Positions 61,612 through 64,000 of a DNA stretch of 64,000 nucleotides are shown here, one piece after another (position 1 is the stretch's first letter; every line of letters starts with the position of its first letter). Made by a program: the position numbers and the translations under genes. This DNA is from Candidatus Poribacteria bacterium (GTDB lineage Bacteria; Poribacteria; WGA-4E; PCPOR2b), in the NCBI GenBank assembly GCA_965215015.1, contig OZ244042.1, positions 4,896,001-4,960,000 on the forward strand, written 5' to 3'. The notes beneath the pieces were generated by a model. It worked only from the letters and a program-made list of their open reading frames with translations, had not been told where the DNA came from and did not search any database.

Positions 61612-64000
61612 ATGTACAGCGTTAGTGTGTGGAAACTTATTTTAATCATTGTGGTACTCGTATTTTCAGCATTGTACCTCATCCCGACCCCGGAGAATCT
61701 CTACAATCCCCTATACGGGAATCTCGCACTTTGGATGCAAGAGCGACTCCCCAAATTTGAAGCGACCGATGAAAATTCGTTAAAGGTCAGCCTGCAAGCC
61801 GTCGAATACCCGGAAGGCATCAACTTGCAGGATGCAACAACGGAGCTCAAGGAAATTTTGGCGAGAAGGTTGGAAGCTAACGGATTTCAGGAGGCGGTGG
61901 ATTATCAATTTGATACAACAGAAAAACGAGATTTCCTCGTCAATTTCTTATCTCCAAAGAGCAAAGCCGATTTGGAAAGGGTTTTGGCGAATCTACACCT
62001 GTATGGAAGCGTTCCGACAATCGTCCGTCGCTTAATACCGGATAATCGCTTGAAGCTCGGGCTCGATCTCAGAGGCGGCGTTCACCTTGCCCTTGAAGTC
62101 GATCTTGAGGAGTCAAAAGTCGAGCTATTGACGGCACGCGCTTCATCAATTCCTGAACGGTTGCGGACTGAAAAGATTCATTGCAGGGAGGCAGAACCTG
62201 TCTTAGAGCAAAATGCGTTGAACGTTGTTGTGGGTATCCCGAAACGGCTTTCAGATCCAAACGAGCAGGCGGAATATCTAAAAAAAGCACAGGATAATCT
62301 CCAAGATTTAGAGTTCTTTGATGCGCCGCAAGAAATTAATAGAACCAGCACGGAGGTCACTTACCAGATTCGCTTGGATGAGTCCGGATTGGAGCAGTAC
62401 AGCGAGCAAGCAATTGACCAAGTTATGGTGGTACTACGAAACCGCATCGATGCGTTCGGGGTTGCTGAACCGTCGATTCGACGCGAAGCCAATCGCCCCC
62501 GAATCATCGTAGAGTTGCCCGGAGCGAAGGACTCGTCAAAACCTCTCCAAATTGTCAAAACGATGGGACGGTTGGAATTTAAGTTGGTAGAGAAAAGTCC
62601 CACCGGCGCGGTTGCATGGACCGGATCGGCGAATACTCCGCCGCCCGATGATATTCCCGAAGGCACCGAAATCCGATACCACAACGACGATGGAACGGCT
62701 CTGGCGAATAGCTGGTATGTTGTGCAGAGCCCAGTCCTACTGAGCGGCGATCGAATTAAGAATGCGCGTGAAACTCAAGGCAGTACCAGCTTTGAGATTG
62801 TCGTGTCTATGAGTTTTGACTCCCAAGGTAGGCGGAAATTCGGTGAACTGACCACCAACCACGTCAACGAACTTTTAGCCATTCTGCTTGATGGCAAAGT
62901 TCAATCTGCTCCCCGAATCAATGAACCTATTCTCGGGGGAAATGCTCAGATATCTGGAGACTTTACCTTTGAGGAAGCCCAATATCTGGCGAACATCCTC
63001 AAAGCGGGGGCGTTCCCCGTCGGTGTCAAAATCGCTGAAGAGCGAACCGTCGGGCCAACCCTCGGTCAAGAAGCAATTGACGACGGTATTCGTGCCGCAG
63101 CTATTGGCATGGGAGCTGTTCTAATCTTCATGCTAATCTACTATCGCTTTTCGGGTATCGTTGCAATTATTGCACTAGCATTTAATATGCTAATTATCCT
63201 GGGCGCACTTGCCGGATTTGGTGCCGCTTTGACGCTGCCCGGACTCGCGGGGCTGGTCTTGACTATCGGGATGGCAGTTGATGCGAATGTGCTTATTTTT
63301 GAGCGTATTCGTGAAGAGTTACGCTCCGGCAAAACTGTATGGTCTGCAATTCAAACCGGCTATCAGAAAGCTTTTTGGACAATCCTCGATGCCAACGTAA
63401 CGACGTTAGCTGTCGCAGCGGTGCTTTACCATTTCGGAACAGGTCCCATCAAAGGGTTTGCTATCACATTGGGAATCGGTATCTTTGCCAGTATGTTTAC
63501 TGCCATTGTTGTCACACGAGAGATTTACGGCTGGGTGCTTGGCGGTCGAAACATCGAGAAACTCAGTATCGGACGGGAGGTCATCAGAAACACAACCATC
63601 GGTTTTCTTGGAAAAAGCCAGATGGGATTTATTGTATCTGTAATCCTCATTATTATCGGCGTTGTTTCGCTCGTTCTGCATAATGGACCGAATTTTGGGA
63701 TTGATTTTCGCGGCGGTGTCAAAATCTACGCCAAATTTAATAGCGAGGTTACCCGATCCCAACTCTCCGCTAAACTGACGGAACTCGGCTATGAGCGTTC
63801 AAAAATCCAAGTGGATGCAGCGAAGCAGGAAGCCTCAATTGACATCGGCTACCGCAAGGAATTTGAAAGCCAGAAAGTCATTGTGCCGTTGACCGCTGAT
63901 CCTGGGGACGCGACCGCGAGGAGTGTTCAGGTCAGTGCCGCACAGAAGAGAGTGGGTGTGTTCCAACCCGGAGATTTCATTCAATTGATTGAAGGGGAAC
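61612..64000 (+). CDS. secDF: Protein translocase SecD-SecF fusion (truncated by window end)
   Basis: AGGAG RBS; LKLGLDLRGG, RNRIDAFGVAEP, IGMAVDANVLIFERIREE, DANVTT, then SecF-type NFGIDFRGG. Confidence 0.92.
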   Translation, partial: MYSVSVWKLILIIVVLVFSALYLIPTPENLYNPLYGNLALWMQERLPKFEATDENSLKVSLQAVEYPEGINLQDATTELKEILARRLEANGFQEAVDYQFDTTEKRDFLVNFLSPKSKADLERVLANLHLYGSVPTIVRRLIPDNRLKLGLDLRGGVHLALEVDLEESKVELLTARASSIPERLRTEKIHCREAEPVLEQNALNVVVGIPKRLSDPNEQAEYLKKAQDNLQDLEFFDAPQEINRTSTEVTYQIRLDESGLEQYSEQAIDQVMVVLRNRIDAFGVAEPSIRREANRPRIIVELPGAKDSSKPLQIVKTMGRLEFKLVEKSPTGAVAWTGSANTPPPDDIPEGTEIRYHNDDGTALANSWYVVQSPVLLSGDRIKNARETQGSTSFEIVVSMSFDSQGRRKFGELTTNHVNELLAILLDGKVQSAPRINEPILGGNAQISGDFTFEEAQYLANILKAGAFPVGVKIAEERTVGPTLGQEAIDDGIRAAAIGMGAVLIFMLIYYRFSGIVAIIALAFNMLIILGALAGFGAALTLPGLAGLVLTIGMAVDANVLIFERIREELRSGKTVWSAIQTGYQKAFWTILDANVTTLAVAAVLYHFGTGPIKGFAITLGIGIFASMFTAIVVTREIYGWVLGGRNIEKLSIGREVIRNTTIGFLGKSQMGFIVSVILIIIGVVSLVLHNGPNFGIDFRGGVKIYAKFNSEVTRSQLSAKLTELGYERSKIQVDAAKQEASIDIGYRKEFESQKVIVPLTADPGDATARSVQVSAAQKRVGVFQPGDFIQLIEGE

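Overview
Bacterial chromosomal window, about half GC. The gene repertoire (PhyH, sulfatase, enolase-family and TIM-barrel sugar enzymes, TolB-like proteins ending in a WGxIK tail, a FlgD-Ig/T9SS-like C-terminal domain) suggests Candidatus Poribacteria; this is inference. Most of the window is metabolic and envelope genes, plus apt, tRNA-Arg(CCT) and a secDF fusion running off the right end, separated by dense REP/MITE-like repeats. Four highlights. (1) A sigma54-driven locus at about 42.4-52.7 kb: a sensor-less enhancer-binding protein, a -24/-12 promoter, a small secreted protein and a tandem array of 7 secreted TolB-like beta-propeller genes. Five copies are near-identical patchwork mosaics, cassette boundaries sit on a REP/MITE, and a displaced, synonymously diverged copy of the uppS 3' end lies inside the array. 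(2) A group IIB-like intron inserted immediately after an ATG, whose EBS1 and EBS2 are complementary to the start codon region and the Shine-Dalgarno sequence. (3) Two selenoprotein genes split by the ORF caller (UxxC motifs with SECIS-like hairpins), one an unusual SnoaL plus thioredoxin-like fusion. (4) An expandable MITE carrying 1-6 copies of a 65-bp REP unit. No CRISPR array or DGR is supported.
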